From an uncultured Bacillota bacterium (GTDB lineage Bacteria; Bacillota; DTU025; MWDF01): a DNA stretch of 64,000 nt. This document shows positions 10,250-21,113 of this stretch, piece by piece. Position numbers and translations under genes: made by a program. Numbering within the stretch: position 1 is the stretch's first letter; every line of letters begins with the position of its first letter. The notes below the pieces were generated by a model, which saw only the letters and a list, made by a program, of their open reading frames with translations, had not been told where the DNA came from and did no database searches. The stretch lies in NCBI GenBank assembly GCA_963823655.1, contig CAWGMK010000007.1, positions 225,908 through 289,907 on the forward strand. The letters are read 5' to 3'.

Positions 10250-11596
10250 ATGGGCAAGCCTGGCGGATACAATGAAAAAGGCGCTGTAGGCGGTTTTGCT
10301 TCGAAGGGCAGCGCCGGCGCCGGCGAACATGGCCTGTCAGACGGTGGTGTCGAGCGGCTCATCGACGACGCCATAAAAGCCGCGATGGCCAGCACTCCGG
10401 CAGTAGACATACATACCCATCTTTTCCCGCCCGGGCACAAGGACTTGCTGCTAAGAGGCATTGACGAGCTTCTTACTTACCATTACCTTCCCGTCGAGGC
10501 GCTCCGGTACAGGAAGATGGAGCCCCAGGCATTCTTCTCCATGAGCAAGGCAGAGCAGGCCGATGAGGTCTGGAGGACGCTGTTCGTCGAAAGGAGCCCG
10601 ATCAGCGAGGCTTGCCGCGGGGTAATAACCGTGCTCAAGGCGTTCGGGCTGGACACAGGGGCGAAGGATCTGGGAGAAGCCAGGGGCTTCTTCAATGGCC
10701 TTACCGCAGAAGAGCATGTGGGCTTGGTCTTCGAGAAGGCGAACATCGATTTTGCGGTGATGACCAACGATCCTTTCGACAAGCAGGAGACTTCCTGCTG
10801 GGGGCCCTCTTTCCTGTCCGACAGAAGGTTCAAATCGGCGCTCAGGGTCGACTATTTGGTGTCATCCCCCGAAAAAGCCCTTTTGAAGATGACAAAGGAA
10901 GGTTACAGCCCGGGAAGCGGAAGGGACAGCATCAGATACGGCGAAGTGCTGCGATTCCTTGACGGCTGCGCAGGCTATATCTCCCCTTTGTATGCGGCAG
11001 TTTCGCTTCCTCCGAGCTTCAACCTGGCGGACGGGTCGTTCGGATCCGAGATGCTGCAAAAGGCGATAATCCCTTTCTGCGAGAACAAAGGCCTGCCCCT
11101 CGCCCTCATGATAGGGGTGAAGAGGGGGGTAAACCCTGAGATGGAGCTGGGAGGCGACGGGATCGGATCTTTCGATGTCTCGGCCTTGGCCTCTATGTGC
11201 CGCGACTACCCTCGCATGAATTTTATGGTTACGCTGCTCTCAAGGGAGAACCAGCACGAGCTCTGCGTCGCCGCCAGGAAATTCCCGAATCTCACGCCAT
11301 TCGGCTGCTGGTGGTTCCTGAACAACCCCAGCCTGGTGAAAGAGATCACCAAGATGAGGCTCGAACTGCTTGGCCTCAGCTTCATCCCTCAACATTCGGA
11401 CGCGAGGGTGCTCGACCAGCTCATCTACAAATGGGATCATTCCAGGAAGGTCGTAGCCTCCGTTCTGTCGGAGAAATATAAGGACATGGCGAGAAGCGGC
11501 AGGCGAGTGGAGCCTTTTGAGATCAAGAGGGACTGGCTTGAGCTTATACACGGCAATGCCACGCGACTTTTCGGAATCGAGGAGGCTGGAAGTTGA
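10250..11596 (+). CDS. uxaC: uronate (glucuronate) isomerase, BH0493-like amidohydrolase family
   Basis: DIHTHL, LLTYHYL, MTNDPF, GCWWFLN and PQHSDARVLDQLIYKW motifs. Confidence 0.85.
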   Translation: MGKPGGYNEKGAVGGFASKGSAGAGEHGLSDGGVERLIDDAIKAAMASTPAVDIHTHLFPPGHKDLLLRGIDELLTYHYLPVEALRYRKMEPQAFFSMSKAEQADEVWRTLFVERSPISEACRGVITVLKAFGLDTGAKDLGEARGFFNGLTAEEHVGLVFEKANIDFAVMTNDPFDKQETSCWGPSFLSDRRFKSALRVDYLVSSPEKALLKMTKEGYSPGSGRDSIRYGEVLRFLDGCAGYISPLYAAVSLPPSFNLADGSFGSEMLQKAIIPFCENKGLPLALMIGVKRGVNPEMELGGDGIGSFDVSALASMCRDYPRMNFMVTLLSRENQHELCVAARKFPNLTPFGCWWFLNNPSLVKEITKMRLELLGLSFIPQHSDARVLDQLIYKWDHSRKVVASVLSEKYKDMARSGRRVEPFEIKRDWLELIHGNATRLFGIEEAGS

Positions 11597-12685
11597 ATCT
11601 GCAGTTCTCAGAGGACCCTTGTCTAGCGAAAAAGCTTGCTGGGCTAGCCCGGATAACGGAAGATAGCGAAAAGAGCGGAATCTGGCTGAAGCAGGGGAAG
11701 AACATCTCCTGGCTTCTGGGCGGGCCGTCCGCATGTGGGCCTTCTGGGCTCCGCGTCGGTCGCAAGCCTCATATTTGCCCAAGGCAAGCTGTATCTGCTT
11801 ACTGACAAAGTGGAAAGCGGCAGGCTACTGGCCGAAGAGTTCAGGCCATCCGGAGCAGAGCTCATCGAGTTCGAATGGTACAGGAAGTCTGAAGAGGCAG
11901 CTTCGGTCGAAAGGCTTTTCGGACCCGACCTTGCAACAGACGGCGAGCTGGAACCGCTCATCATGCCTTTAAGGGCGGCCCTGGACGAGAGGGAGCTGGC
12001 CACAATGCGCAAGCTTGGAAAAGCAGTAGCCGAGGCCGTCGAGGAGGGCTGCTTCAAGTGCGAGCCGGGCATGAGCGAGCACGAGATCGCAGGCCTTATG
12101 GCAGGGAAGGCGTTTTCTCTGGGAGTCGAGTGCAATGTTGTGCTGGCCGCAGCCGATGAGAGGATAAGCCTTTACAGGCATCCGATGCCCACTGGAAGGC
12201 GGCTTGAAAGGCTTGCGATGCTTTCCCTTGTGGGAAGGAAGGACGGGCTTTTCGCAGGCCTTACGAGATTTGTGCATTTCGGCGGCAAGGACGAGGGGCT
12301 GCTTTCAAAGCAGGCGATTCTAAACAGGATATTCGCGAGGCTGGTTTCCAGGACGAGGCCGGGGGCCGACCTCAAGGATGTATTTGCGGACCTCGCGGCG
12401 GACTACGAGGCGGAGGGCTACCGAGATGAGTGGAAGAGCCTCCACCAGGGAGGGCCGATCGGCTACAGCGCAAGGGAGCTCAAGGCGTCGCCCGGGCTGA
12501 GCTTTAAAGTAGAGCAGGGGCAGGCATATGCGTGGAACCCGACGCTTGCAGGCTTCAAAGTCGAGGATACGGTAATCATAGGTATGGCCTCCAATGAGAT
12601 CATAACGGCAACGGACAGGATACCGAAGATGGAAGTGGGCATGCCCGGTGCAGAGCTGGCTGTATCGGACATCCTTTACAGATGA
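11593..12685 (+). CDS. M24 (pita-bread/creatinase fold) family protein with atypical active site; frameshift ~11724
   Basis: N-terminal KNISWLLGG (ORF 11593) joins ORF 11735. YRHP, LTRF, HQGG..GY, WNPT and KVEDT motifs. Confidence 0.8.
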
Positions 12686-12727
12686 GCTTCTGAAGATAGG
12701 CAAGTAATCTCTCCGGAGGACATTCAA

Positions 12728-13837
12728 ATGGACAAGAACAGGATAAATAAGCTGTTGTCACTTATGCCGGGCCTTTCTGCAGAACGCCTAGCCATCTCCC
12801 CGGGGCCCAATCTGAAGTACCTGACGGGACTCGAAATAGAGCCCCATGAAAGGACCTTCATGATGGTGCTGGGAGGACCTCAGGAGATTTCTTTCGCCCT
12901 TCCCATGCTGGAGGAGGAGAAGGTAAAAGGAGCAACGGCGGGCAACAAGGCCGCCATATTCGCATACTCTGACCAGGATGGCCCTGTGGGCGCCGTGAAA
13001 GCCGCATTCGGATTTTCCGCGGCATCTGACAAAAAACGGCTTGCCATCGGTGCGGAGTTCCTTCATATGAGGCTGAAGGAGTATGAGCTGATAAAGCAGG
13101 CATTGGGGCCAATCGACACAGCAGACCTTGATTCCGCCATGATGGACATGCGTTCGGTGAAGGACTCCCAGGAGATTGCCCACCTGAAAAGGGCGGCCGA
13201 GATAGTAGACAGGGGGATAGAGGCAGCTAGGGACTCGATAAGGCCTGGCGTCAGCGAGAATTACGTAGCAGAGCAGATAGAAAAGGCCATGATGGCGGCA
13301 GGCGCCGATTCCGTGCCTTTCAACAGCGTCCTGTCCGGGCCAAACGCCGCCCTCCCGCACGGCAACACCTCAAGCAGAGTGATACTGGAGGGGGAACTTG
13401 TAATCTGCGACATAGGCGCCGGTTTCAAAGGCTACTTCGGGGACATTACAAGGACTATTGCAGCAGGGAAACCCTCCGATGGGCTGATAGCTGCCTACAT
13501 GGCTGTTTATAAGGCGAACAAGGCCGGCAGGGAAGCGGTAAAGCCGGGGATGAAGGCCGAGGAACTTGACGCAATCTGCAGGGAAGTGATAACGAAAGCC
13601 GGCTTCGGCAGCCTGTTCATACACAGAACGGGGCACGGCCTGGGTCTGGAAGTCCATGAGGAGCCATATATAGTTGCCGGAAACAGGAAAGCCCTTCTGC
13701 CCGGCATGGCATTTACCATCGAACCTGGAGTATATATTCCCGGCGTCGGCGGTATAAGGATCGAGGACGACGTAATCCTTACCGAAACGGGCGCCGAGAT
13801 AATAACAAGGCAGCCCAGGGAGCTTATGTTTGACTAA
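12728..13837 (+). CDS. Xaa-Pro dipeptidase / aminopeptidase P (M24B)
   Basis: PHG, CDIG, DITRT, HRTGHGLG..VHE, TIEPG and RIEDD: full metal-ligand set. Confidence 0.92.
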   Translation: MDKNRINKLLSLMPGLSAERLAISPGPNLKYLTGLEIEPHERTFMMVLGGPQEISFALPMLEEEKVKGATAGNKAAIFAYSDQDGPVGAVKAAFGFSAASDKKRLAIGAEFLHMRLKEYELIKQALGPIDTADLDSAMMDMRSVKDSQEIAHLKRAAEIVDRGIEAARDSIRPGVSENYVAEQIEKAMMAAGADSVPFNSVLSGPNAALPHGNTSSRVILEGELVICDIGAGFKGYFGDITRTIAAGKPSDGLIAAYMAVYKANKAGREAVKPGMKAEELDAICREVITKAGFGSLFIHRTGHGLGLEVHEEPYIVAGNRKALLPGMAFTIEPGVYIPGVGGIRIEDDVILTETGAEIITRQPRELMFD

Positions 13838-13886
13838 GCGCTAAAAGCGGCGATCTATAAGTGAAAATTGGTCATTTAGTTGGCCA

Positions 13887-13917
13887 AGGCGCCGGATCCT
13901 TTATGGGACCGGCGCCT
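13887..13917. terminator. hairpin between convergent genes
   Basis: AGGCGCCGG...CCGGCGCCT inverted repeat. Confidence 0.6.
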
Positions 13918-13940
13918 CATACTGCCGAGAATCCTTTCAT

Positions 13941-14939
13941 CTATAATCCTTGCTGGGACATGAACACGAATAGCTCCTCCGTTGTTGGTAGCGAAGGTAT
14001 TGCGCCTTTCTTCGTAGTGCAAATGGCGCCTACCGCGTTTGCCCGCTTAAGTATCTTGCGCCATCCTGCCTCGTCCAGGCCTTCGAGGAAATCTTTGAGG
14101 GCCAGCCCTCCTGCATCATCCAGGATTGAAGCGAGAAGTCCAGCTACGAAGCCGTCCCCGGCGCCGGTAGTATCGACTGGATCCACCCCGAAGCCGCCTT
14201 CAGATACTGTCAGCTCCTTGTAATAGAGCCTGCATCCCCGCTCGCCCATGGTGAGCACTATGGCACAGTCCGGTTTCGCGTGGCGCCTGAGACGGTTTAT
14301 TCCCGATTCCGGGGTCTCGGCCTCCGTAATCCTGATAAGTTCGTCCTCACCGATCTTGATAATGTCCGAGCGGCCCGCCGCGTCGAAGATGGTCTTCCTC
14401 GCATGTGCCATGTCAGGCCACAGGTCCGGCCTCAAGTTGGGATCAAAACATATCAAAGCCCCTGCAGAAGAGGCTTTGGCAATAGCTGCGTAGGTTGCGG
14501 ACCGGGACGGTTCGGATATCAGGGAGATAGAGCCGTGCTCGAAAACCCGGCAGCTCTCGAGCAGATCGGAATCGAGCTCCTGTTCGTGCAGAAGCATATC
14601 GGCGCTTGGATTCCTGTAGAAGGAGAAGCTGCGCTCGCCTTGAGGCCCCAAAGAGACGAAGGCGAGGGCCGTCCTGGCCCTGGAATTGTATACGACGCCC
14701 CTGATATCAACGCCGTTTTCCTCAAGCACGCCTGCAAGGTAATGCCCAAAGGGATCGTCCCCTACTTTTCCCGCGAAGGCTGCCCTGCGGCCCAGGCGCG
14801 ACAAGCCGACTGCGACATTTGCGGGCGCCCCTCCCGGGTTTTTAATAAATGCCGAAGCTTCGCTTACGTCCAGCCCCGGCTCGGATGCCACGAAGTCTAT
14901 AAGAAGCTCCCCCATGCATAGGACATCGATTTCCTTCAT
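13941..14939 (-). CDS. PfkB family carbohydrate kinase (fructokinase-like)
   Basis: GGAPANVA, FDPNLR and DTTGAGDGF signatures. Confidence 0.93.
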   Translation of the reverse strand: MKEIDVLCMGELLIDFVASEPGLDVSEASAFIKNPGGAPANVAVGLSRLGRRAAFAGKVGDDPFGHYLAGVLEENGVDIRGVVYNSRARTALAFVSLGPQGERSFSFYRNPSADMLLHEQELDSDLLESCRVFEHGSISLISEPSRSATYAAIAKASSAGALICFDPNLRPDLWPDMAHARKTIFDAAGRSDIIKIGEDELIRITEAETPESGINRLRRHAKPDCAIVLTMGERGCRLYYKELTVSEGGFGVDPVDTTGAGDGFVAGLLASILDDAGGLALKDFLEGLDEAGWRKILKRANAVGAICTTKKGAIPSLPTTEELFVFMSQQGL

Positions 14940-15129
14940 TCAGGCACCCCCATATCAAGCTATTGCGTGAGAAACATACAATATCTTTTCATTGTGTTTA
15001 TTTCGACGCTATTGCCCCCAACTCCTATAACAGGCCACTGCGGTAAAGGCAAAGTGCCTTCTCCTGGGTTATAATAACCTTGATAGAATTTGGTCCGCCT
15101 ATTTGCGCTTGTTCGGGCAATAGTCACTT

Positions 15130-15298
15130 ATGCAGGGGGATGCCGGCATCATTGAAAGAGCTGGGAGTGCCTGAAACTGCCCTGGACGGGCTTTCGGAGC
15201 ACGCCTTCAACCACAGAAGACAGGTGGACATGAACCCCAGGCAGCCGACAAAGGCCCAGATAAGGGAGCTGTTCCAGATGGGCTGGCAGGGCCGCTGA
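15130..15298 (+). pseudogene. C-terminal remnant of an iron-containing alcohol dehydrogenase
   Basis: GMPASLKELGV...NPRQPTKAQIRELF matches the Fe-ADH C-terminus, but the rest of the gene is absent. Confidence 0.65.
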
Positions 15299-15396
15299 GG
15301 TTCTTCGAGTATTTGGAATTTGGAAACAGGGAAATCGACGGCAACGGCGCTTAATGCAGACAAACGCCGAATCAGGTTGAGAAGGAGCAAAAGCAG

Positions 15397-16737
15397 ATGG
15401 ATGAGAAGACAAAGGAACTGATTTCCAAGGCTACGAAGCCCTCCGCCGACGCAATGAAGATGCACCCCTTTTACCGCGGCAAGATCGAGATTACTCCAAA
15501 GGCCGTAGTAAGGGATATGAGCGACTTTTCGATCTGGTACACCCCCGGAGTGGCTGCTCCCTGCAAGGCCATACAGGCGGACAGGGACCTCGCCTACGAA
15601 CACACCCTCAAATGGAATACGGTGGCCGTTGTGTCTGACGGCACGAGGGTCCTGGGCCTTGGTGACATCGGGCCCGAGGCAGGATTGCCCGTAATGGAGG
15701 GCAAAGCTATGCTTTTCAAATACCTCGGCGGTGTCGACGCATTCCCCATCTGCCTTGATACCAAGGACCCAGAGGAGATAATCAACGCCGTGAAATGGCT
15801 TCAGCCCTCTTTCGGCGGCATAAACCTGGAGGATTTCGAACAGCCCAAGTGCTTCTACCTGCTTGAAAGGCTAAGAGCCGAGTGCCGCATACCTGTTTGG
15901 CACGATGACCAGCAGGGCACGGCCGCAGTGACTGTGGCGGGCCTCGTAAACGCGCTGAAGCTTGTTGGCAAGAAGTTCTCGGAGGCGAAGATCGCCCTGG
16001 TAGGCGCAGGAGCTGCCAATATCTGCACGGCCCGAATGATAATGAAGGCTGGGGCGACGCCCGGCAACATCATCATGTGCGATACGAAGGGTACTTTGCA
16101 CAAGGGCCGCACCGAGCTGAAGGACAAGGCCAAGGAGAAGTGGGAGATCTGCGAGAAGACGAACGCAAAAGGCCTTGTGGGCGACGTAGCGGACGCAATG
16201 AGGGGCGCTGACGTGTTGGTTGCGCTTTCTCAGTCGGGCCCAGATGTCATTAAGAAAGAGTGGATACAGGGTATGGCGAAGGACGCCATAGTCTTCGTTT
16301 GCGCAAACCCGGTGCCCGAGATATGGCCGTGGATTGCCAAGGAGGCGGGCGCAAGGGTAGTAGCTACCGGCCGCTCCGACTTCCCCAACCAGGTCAACAA
16401 CTCTTTGGGCTTCCCCGCGATCTTCAGAGGGGCTCTTGACGTTAGGGCGACTGCCATAACGGATGAGATGTGCATAGCTGCCGCAATGGAGCTTGCCAAA
16501 TTCGCCGAGGAAAAGGGCCTGAGCGATGACTACATAATCCCTTCGATGGAGGAGTGGGAAGTCTATCCTCTAGAGGCGGCGGCAGTCGGCCTTAAGGCCA
16601 TCGAACAGGGCGTAGCCAAGCTAAAGCTCACGCGCGAGGAGCTCATCAAATCTGCCACCGAGCTTATATTAAGATCCAGGAAGGCTACAAAGCTTGCCAT
16701 GGACAACGGGATAATTGCGCCGGCCCCCGAGCTTTAG
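15397..16737 (+). CDS. NAD(P)-dependent malic enzyme
   Basis: YTPGVA, VMEGKA, NLEDF, HDDQQGT, GAGAA and [12 protein letters not shown] motifs. Confidence 0.95.
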   Translation: MDEKTKELISKATKPSADAMKMHPFYRGKIEITPKAVVRDMSDFSIWYTPGVAAPCKAIQADRDLAYEHTLKWNTVAVVSDGTRVLGLGDIGPEAGLPVMEGKAMLFKYLGGVDAFPICLDTKDPEEIINAVKWLQPSFGGINLEDFEQPKCFYLLERLRAECRIPVWHDDQQGTAAVTVAGLVNALKLVGKKFSEAKIALVGAGAANICTARMIMKAGATPGNIIMCDTKGTLHKGRTELKDKAKEKWEICEKTNAKGLVGDVADAMRGADVLVALSQSGPDVIKKEWIQGMAKDAIVFVCANPVPEIWPWIAKEAGARVVATGRSDFPNQVNNSLGFPAIFRGALDVRATAITDEMCIAAAMELAKFAEEKGLSDDYIIPSMEEWEVYPLEAAAVGLKAIEQGVAKLKLTREELIKSATELILRSRKATKLAMDNGIIAPAPEL

Positions 16738-16758
16738 GCCGATGAAAGGGGCATTCAG

Positions 16759-17607
16759 ATGATCAGGGAGATAGACGCAAGCCTCGTTACGAACGCTGTC
16801 GAGAAGCTTTGCGTAAGCGCCAACTGCAACCTGCCCGAATTGAACCTCAAGACCATAGAAAAGGCGATGGAGGGGGAGAAGTCCCCGCTAGGAAGGCAAA
16901 TATTGGGCAGACTGCTGGAAAACCACAGGCTAGCCCGCAGGGAGCAAGTTCCGGCATGCCAGGATACGGGCCTTGCCATAGTCATCGTCGAGATGGGCCA
17001 GGATGTCCACATCACTAACGGGGGCTTCGAGGCGGCAATAAACGAAGGCGTGCGGCGTGGCTACGAGAAGGGCTACCTGAGAAAATCCGCGGTGTTCGAC
17101 CCCCTTATCGACAGGAAGAACACCGGGGACAACACTCCGGCGATAATTCATACGAGTATAGTGCCCGGCAGCAGGCTAAAGATTACCGTGGCGCCGAAAG
17201 GCGGCGGGGCGGAGAACATGAGCGCGACTTTGATGCTAAAGCCGGCAGACGGTGCCGAGGGCGTAAAGAAGTTCGTGCTGGACACCGTGGAGAAGGCGGG
17301 GCCCAACGCCTGCCCTCCTTTAGTCGTGGGAATAGGGATCGGCGGAAGCTTCGACCTTGTGAACCTTTTGGCCAAGAAGGCGCTTATGAGGCCGATGGGA
17401 AGCCATAATGAGGACCCGCGGTATGCCGCGATGGAAGAAGAGCTGCTTGCCGCAATAAACAGGCTTGGCATAGGCCCGCAGGGCTTCGGCGGCACAACAA
17501 CTGCGCTTGCAGTCCACATCGAGACCTACGCATGCCACATAGCGAGCCTGCCAGTAGCCGTGAACCTTAACTGCCACGTATCGCCGCACGAGTCGGCAGA
17601 AATATAG
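16759..17607 (+). CDS. Fe-S hydro-lyase alpha subunit (class I fumarate hydratase / tartrate dehydratase alpha)
   Basis: CQDTG, KGGGAEN, NACPP, GIGPQGFGG and CH motifs. Next to malic enzyme. Confidence 0.92.
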   Translation: MIREIDASLVTNAVEKLCVSANCNLPELNLKTIEKAMEGEKSPLGRQILGRLLENHRLARREQVPACQDTGLAIVIVEMGQDVHITNGGFEAAINEGVRRGYEKGYLRKSAVFDPLIDRKNTGDNTPAIIHTSIVPGSRLKITVAPKGGGAENMSATLMLKPADGAEGVKKFVLDTVEKAGPNACPPLVVGIGIGGSFDLVNLLAKKALMRPMGSHNEDPRYAAMEEELLAAINRLGIGPQGFGGTTTALAVHIETYACHIASLPVAVNLNCHVSPHESAEI

Positions 17608-17612
17608 GGGGC

Positions 17613-18170
17613 ATGGGAATGATGAAGAGGATAAGCACCCCCCTGACAGATGAAACAATTGCGGATTTGAGGGCAGGCGACGACGTTCTGCTTTCAGGCT
17701 ACATCTACACTGCACGCGACGCTGCGCACAAGAGGCTGGTAGCATTGGCCAAAGAGGGCAAGGAGCTGCCTTTCGACATCAAAGGCGCGACGATATTCTA
17801 CGTCGGCCCGACCCCGCCTAAACCTGGCAGGGTGATAGGATCCTCAGGTCCTACCACTAGCGGAAGGATGGACGCTTACGCGCCTTTGCTGATGGAGCTT
17901 GGCGCAAACGGTATGATAGGCAAGGGCAAGCGGTCGAAAGATGTGAAGGCCGCGATGGCGAAGTACAAAGCCGTCTATTTCGCAGGCCTTGGCGGAGCAG
18001 GCGCACTTGCTTCAAACTGCGTTAAGTCGGCGGAGCTTGTGGCATACGAGGATCTCGGCACCGAGGCGATCAGAAAATTGTATGTCGAGGATTTCCCCCT
18101 TATCGTGGTCAACGACATATACGGCGGGGACGCATATGAAGAGGGAAGGGCCAAGTACGAGTCCAAGTAG
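17613..18170 (+). CDS. Fe-S hydro-lyase beta subunit (fumarate hydratase / tartrate dehydratase beta)
   Basis: TARDAAH, GPTTSGRMD, IGKG and DLGTEAI motifs. Confidence 0.92.
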   Translation: MGMMKRISTPLTDETIADLRAGDDVLLSGYIYTARDAAHKRLVALAKEGKELPFDIKGATIFYVGPTPPKPGRVIGSSGPTTSGRMDAYAPLLMELGANGMIGKGKRSKDVKAAMAKYKAVYFAGLGGAGALASNCVKSAELVAYEDLGTEAIRKLYVEDFPLIVVNDIYGGDAYEEGRAKYESK

Positions 18171-18192
18171 GCCTGAAGAGGGTTCAAATAGT

Positions 18193-18221
18193 GGTAAGGC
18201 AGCCGTTAAGGCTGCCTTACC
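18193..18221. terminator. hairpin between convergent genes
   Basis: Perfect 12-bp stem GGTAAGGCAGCC/GGCTGCCTTACC. Confidence 0.75.
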
Positions 18222-18246
18222 GATTCCATTGTCGGGATTTGTGAGT

Positions 18247-18453
18247 CTACTTCTTGTTGCACTCAGGGCAGCATCTCGCACAGCCGTCCACTTGCGGGAA
18301 TATCTTCTTTGCCGCCTTGAGGGCGTCTTTGCAGTTGTCAAAACTGCCGACTACCGCGCGATTGTTTACTCCGGGCATGCTGGAGCAATTCCAGTTGTGC
18401 ACCTCGTGCTCGCCCGTTTTCTGAGCAGTAACGGTTACATAGTATAACTCCAT
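18247..18453 (-). CDS. small Cys/His-rich hypothetical protein
   Basis: YYV...AQ..GEHEVH...C...C...DGC..CC.EC pattern resembling a family of ~70-aa proteins. RBS AAGGGGTG and a sigma-H-like promoter upstream. Confidence 0.75.
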   Translation of the reverse strand: MELYYVTVTAQKTGEHEVHNWNCSSMPGVNNRAVVGSFDNCKDALKAAKKIFPQVDGCARCCPECNKK

Positions 18454-18645
18454 TCAATCACCCCTTTCAGGCCGTTTTATCGAAAAATTGAAGGCTCCCC
18501 GCCTCAAAAAGACTATGGCGGATCGCATTATCTAATCACTAATTCAACCCTTAGAGCGGGAATCCTTCAATTTGGTGGCAGATTTGCGCGAGAAAATCGA
18601 ATTTGCGTAAATGATCGAGGATTATTTTGGGAGATAATACGTCAA

Positions 18646-19827
18646 TTAAGCCTTTATGGCCATCTCGATACGCTCCAGCCCCTCCTTTAAAAGAGCCCTG
18701 GGACAGGCGAAATTCAACCTCGCGAACCCATCGCCGGAGCTGCCGAATATGAAGCCCTGGTTCAGCGCAAGGCCTGCCCTATCCGCGAGTAGTTCCTTAA
18801 GGCCGTCCTTATCGAGGTTAAGTGCCCTGAAATCCAGCCAGGCGAGATATGTGCCCTCCGGTTTTCTGTAATGTATCTGGGGCAGCCTGGCCTTTAGGAA
18901 ATCTCCTATGAAATCGGCATTGCCCTCAAGATAGCTTAAGACCTGACCAAGCCACTCCTCACCTTGCGCATAGGCGGCGCCTGCTGCAGCTACTCCGAAG
19001 AAGTTGGGTTCGGATATGCCGTTTGATTCGAGCCTTCTCTCAAGGCGGGACCGCAGCTCGGGATCCTGCACGATGATGTTGGATACCTGCAGCCCTGCAA
19101 GGTTGAAAGTCTTGCTGGGGGCGGTGCAAGTAATGGAGCATGCGGCAAAATCCCCGGAGAGCTTTGCGAACGGGACATGCTTATGTCCTGAATAGATGAG
19201 GTCCGAATGGATCTCATCGGCTACGATGATCAGACCGTGCTTAACGCATATCTCGCCGAAGCGCGTAAGCTCGTCCTCCCTCCATACTCTTCCGACGGGG
19301 TTATGCGGGCTGCAGAGGAATATAACCTTGGCGTCCGGGTCAGACGCCTTTTGTTCCAGGTCTTCGAAATCCATCGAATAGTCCCCGTCAGCCCCCTCTA
19401 TCAGCTTGTTTTCGAGCACATGCCTTCCGTTGTTCTCTATCGAGTGGAAGAAGGGGTGATAGACAGGAGATTGAACGATTACCTTGTCGCCGGGCGAGGT
19501 GAACTCCTGGACGGCGGCATTGAGGGCGATTACCACGCCTGGGGAGAATACCAACCAGCCCTCCTCGACCTGCCAGCCGTGCCTTCTGAGGTTCCATTCC
19601 AGGAAAGCCCTCTTATAGCCTTCGGTCATGCAGCTGTAGCCGTAGACTCCGCAGCGGGCTTCCTCGATTACGGCATCGATTACGGGCTGCGGGCAGGGGA
19701 AGTCCATATCGGCAACCCAGAAGGGCAACAAGCCCTTCTTGCCGTTGATCTCATCCATGATCTCATCCGACCATTTTATAGAGCACGTGCCCCTCCTGTC
19801 AGGGACTTTGTCGAAATCGTATCGCAA
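18646..19827 (-). CDS. MalY/PatB family PLP-dependent C-S lyase (cystathionine beta-lyase)
   Basis: WVADMDF, CSPHNPVG, DEIHSD, SKTFN and RLNFAC motifs. Probable start TTG 19827 (MRYDFD). Confidence 0.93.
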   Translation of the reverse strand: MRYDFDKVPDRRGTCSIKWSDEIMDEINGKKGLLPFWVADMDFPCPQPVIDAVIEEARCGVYGYSCMTEGYKRAFLEWNLRRHGWQVEEGWLVFSPGVVIALNAAVQEFTSPGDKVIVQSPVYHPFFHSIENNGRHVLENKLIEGADGDYSMDFEDLEQKASDPDAKVIFLCSPHNPVGRVWREDELTRFGEICVKHGLIIVADEIHSDLIYSGHKHVPFAKLSGDFAACSITCTAPSKTFNLAGLQVSNIIVQDPELRSRLERRLESNGISEPNFFGVAAAGAAYAQGEEWLGQVLSYLEGNADFIGDFLKARLPQIHYRKPEGTYLAWLDFRALNLDKDGLKELLADRAGLALNQGFIFGSSGDGFARLNFACPRALLKEGLERIEMAIKA

Positions 19828-20021
19828 AACGCCACGCTCCCTTTGCTCAAAAATGCGTTGTTTCAAGCATACCATCTTCTGCTGTGTTCTTCAGTCCTGC
19901 ACCGGCAGGCTTGTCCTCAAAAAAATAGTTGCCCTGGACTGCTGAATCCTATTCACATCAAGAGCATTGCACGAGTAATATATTTCGTGCGTCAAGTTCT
20001 TTGCAGGAAGGCGGTCGGGTT

Positions 20022-21113
20022 ATGGAATCTGGCAGGATAGATGGCGAAATTGAGCTGAGGGCGTTTCTTGACGAGGGGATTAGGTCCCTTGCGTCAGACG
20101 CTTTGAAGATGGTGGCCAGGAAGCCGGGGCTTATCGTGGACTTCACGCGCATGTCCAGAGGGCTTGAGGCGCAGGAGGCAAAAAGGAAGGCACAGGCTTC
20201 AGGCGGACTGCATGTGCCGCCGTTCATGATCGCAAGCATTACTAAGATGTGCAATCTGGGCTGCGCCGGCTGCTACGCTGCGGTGAATGCCAAAAGCTGT
20301 CATGAGGAGCTTCCTTCCGGTACATGGGGAAAGTTCTTCTCTGAGGCTGAGGAGCTCGGGGTGTCTTTCATACTGCTTGCCGGCGGCGAGCCGCTGGAGC
20401 GCATGGAGATAATCGAAGAGGCCGCCTCGCACAAGTCCATAATTTTCCCCGTCTTCACCAACGGCTGCAAGATGGATGAGGAAAAGGCCCGCTTCTTCGC
20501 GAAGCACAGGAATTTGGTGCCTATCATAAGCATTGAAGGCGGCAGGGAGCTTACAGACGCAAGAAGAGGAGACGGCGTCTACGACAGGATAATGGGCTCC
20601 ATGAAGCTTCTAGCCGGGCAGGCCGTATTCTTCGGAGTCAGCATCACGGTGACTGCCGACAACATCCATGAGGCTGTTTCGGACAGCTTCATAGGGATGC
20701 TCCGTAAGAAGGGCGCGGGAGCATTTATTTATGTGGAGTATGTGCCGGCGGACGGCATAAGCATGGAGCTTGCGCCGGGGCCTAATGATAGGGAATATCT
20801 TGCCGAAAGAGTTTCGGTTCTCAAAAAGGAGCAGGGTGGCATACACATCTGTTTCCCCGGCGACGAGGAGGCCATGGGAGGATGCCTCGCCGCAGGTAGA
20901 GGGTTCGTACATATCAACCCGGCAGGTGGCGTGGAGCCCTGCCCGTTCTCGCCGGTCTCGGACAGCAGCATATCGAACCTGTCGCTCAAAGAGGCTCTGA
21001 AATCGCCCTTCCTTGCCGCATTAAGGTCTAGCGGGGCCATGGAGATCGAGCATCTGGGCGGCTGCGCGCTCTGGGATAAAAGGAAAGAAGTACAGGCCCT
21101 TCTGGGCAGATAG
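20022..21113 (+). CDS. radical SAM protein with SPASM/twitch-like C-terminus
   Basis: CNLGCAGC (CxxxCxxC), GGEP and GCLAAGRG...EPCPF motifs. Probable start ATG 20022. Confidence 0.9.
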   Translation: MESGRIDGEIELRAFLDEGIRSLASDALKMVARKPGLIVDFTRMSRGLEAQEAKRKAQASGGLHVPPFMIASITKMCNLGCAGCYAAVNAKSCHEELPSGTWGKFFSEAEELGVSFILLAGGEPLERMEIIEEAASHKSIIFPVFTNGCKMDEEKARFFAKHRNLVPIISIEGGRELTDARRGDGVYDRIMGSMKLLAGQAVFFGVSITVTADNIHEAVSDSFIGMLRKKGAGAFIYVEYVPADGISMELAPGPNDREYLAERVSVLKKEQGGIHICFPGDEEAMGGCLAAGRGFVHINPAGGVEPCPFSPVSDSSISNLSLKEALKSPFLAALRSSGAMEIEHLGGCALWDKRKEVQALLGR

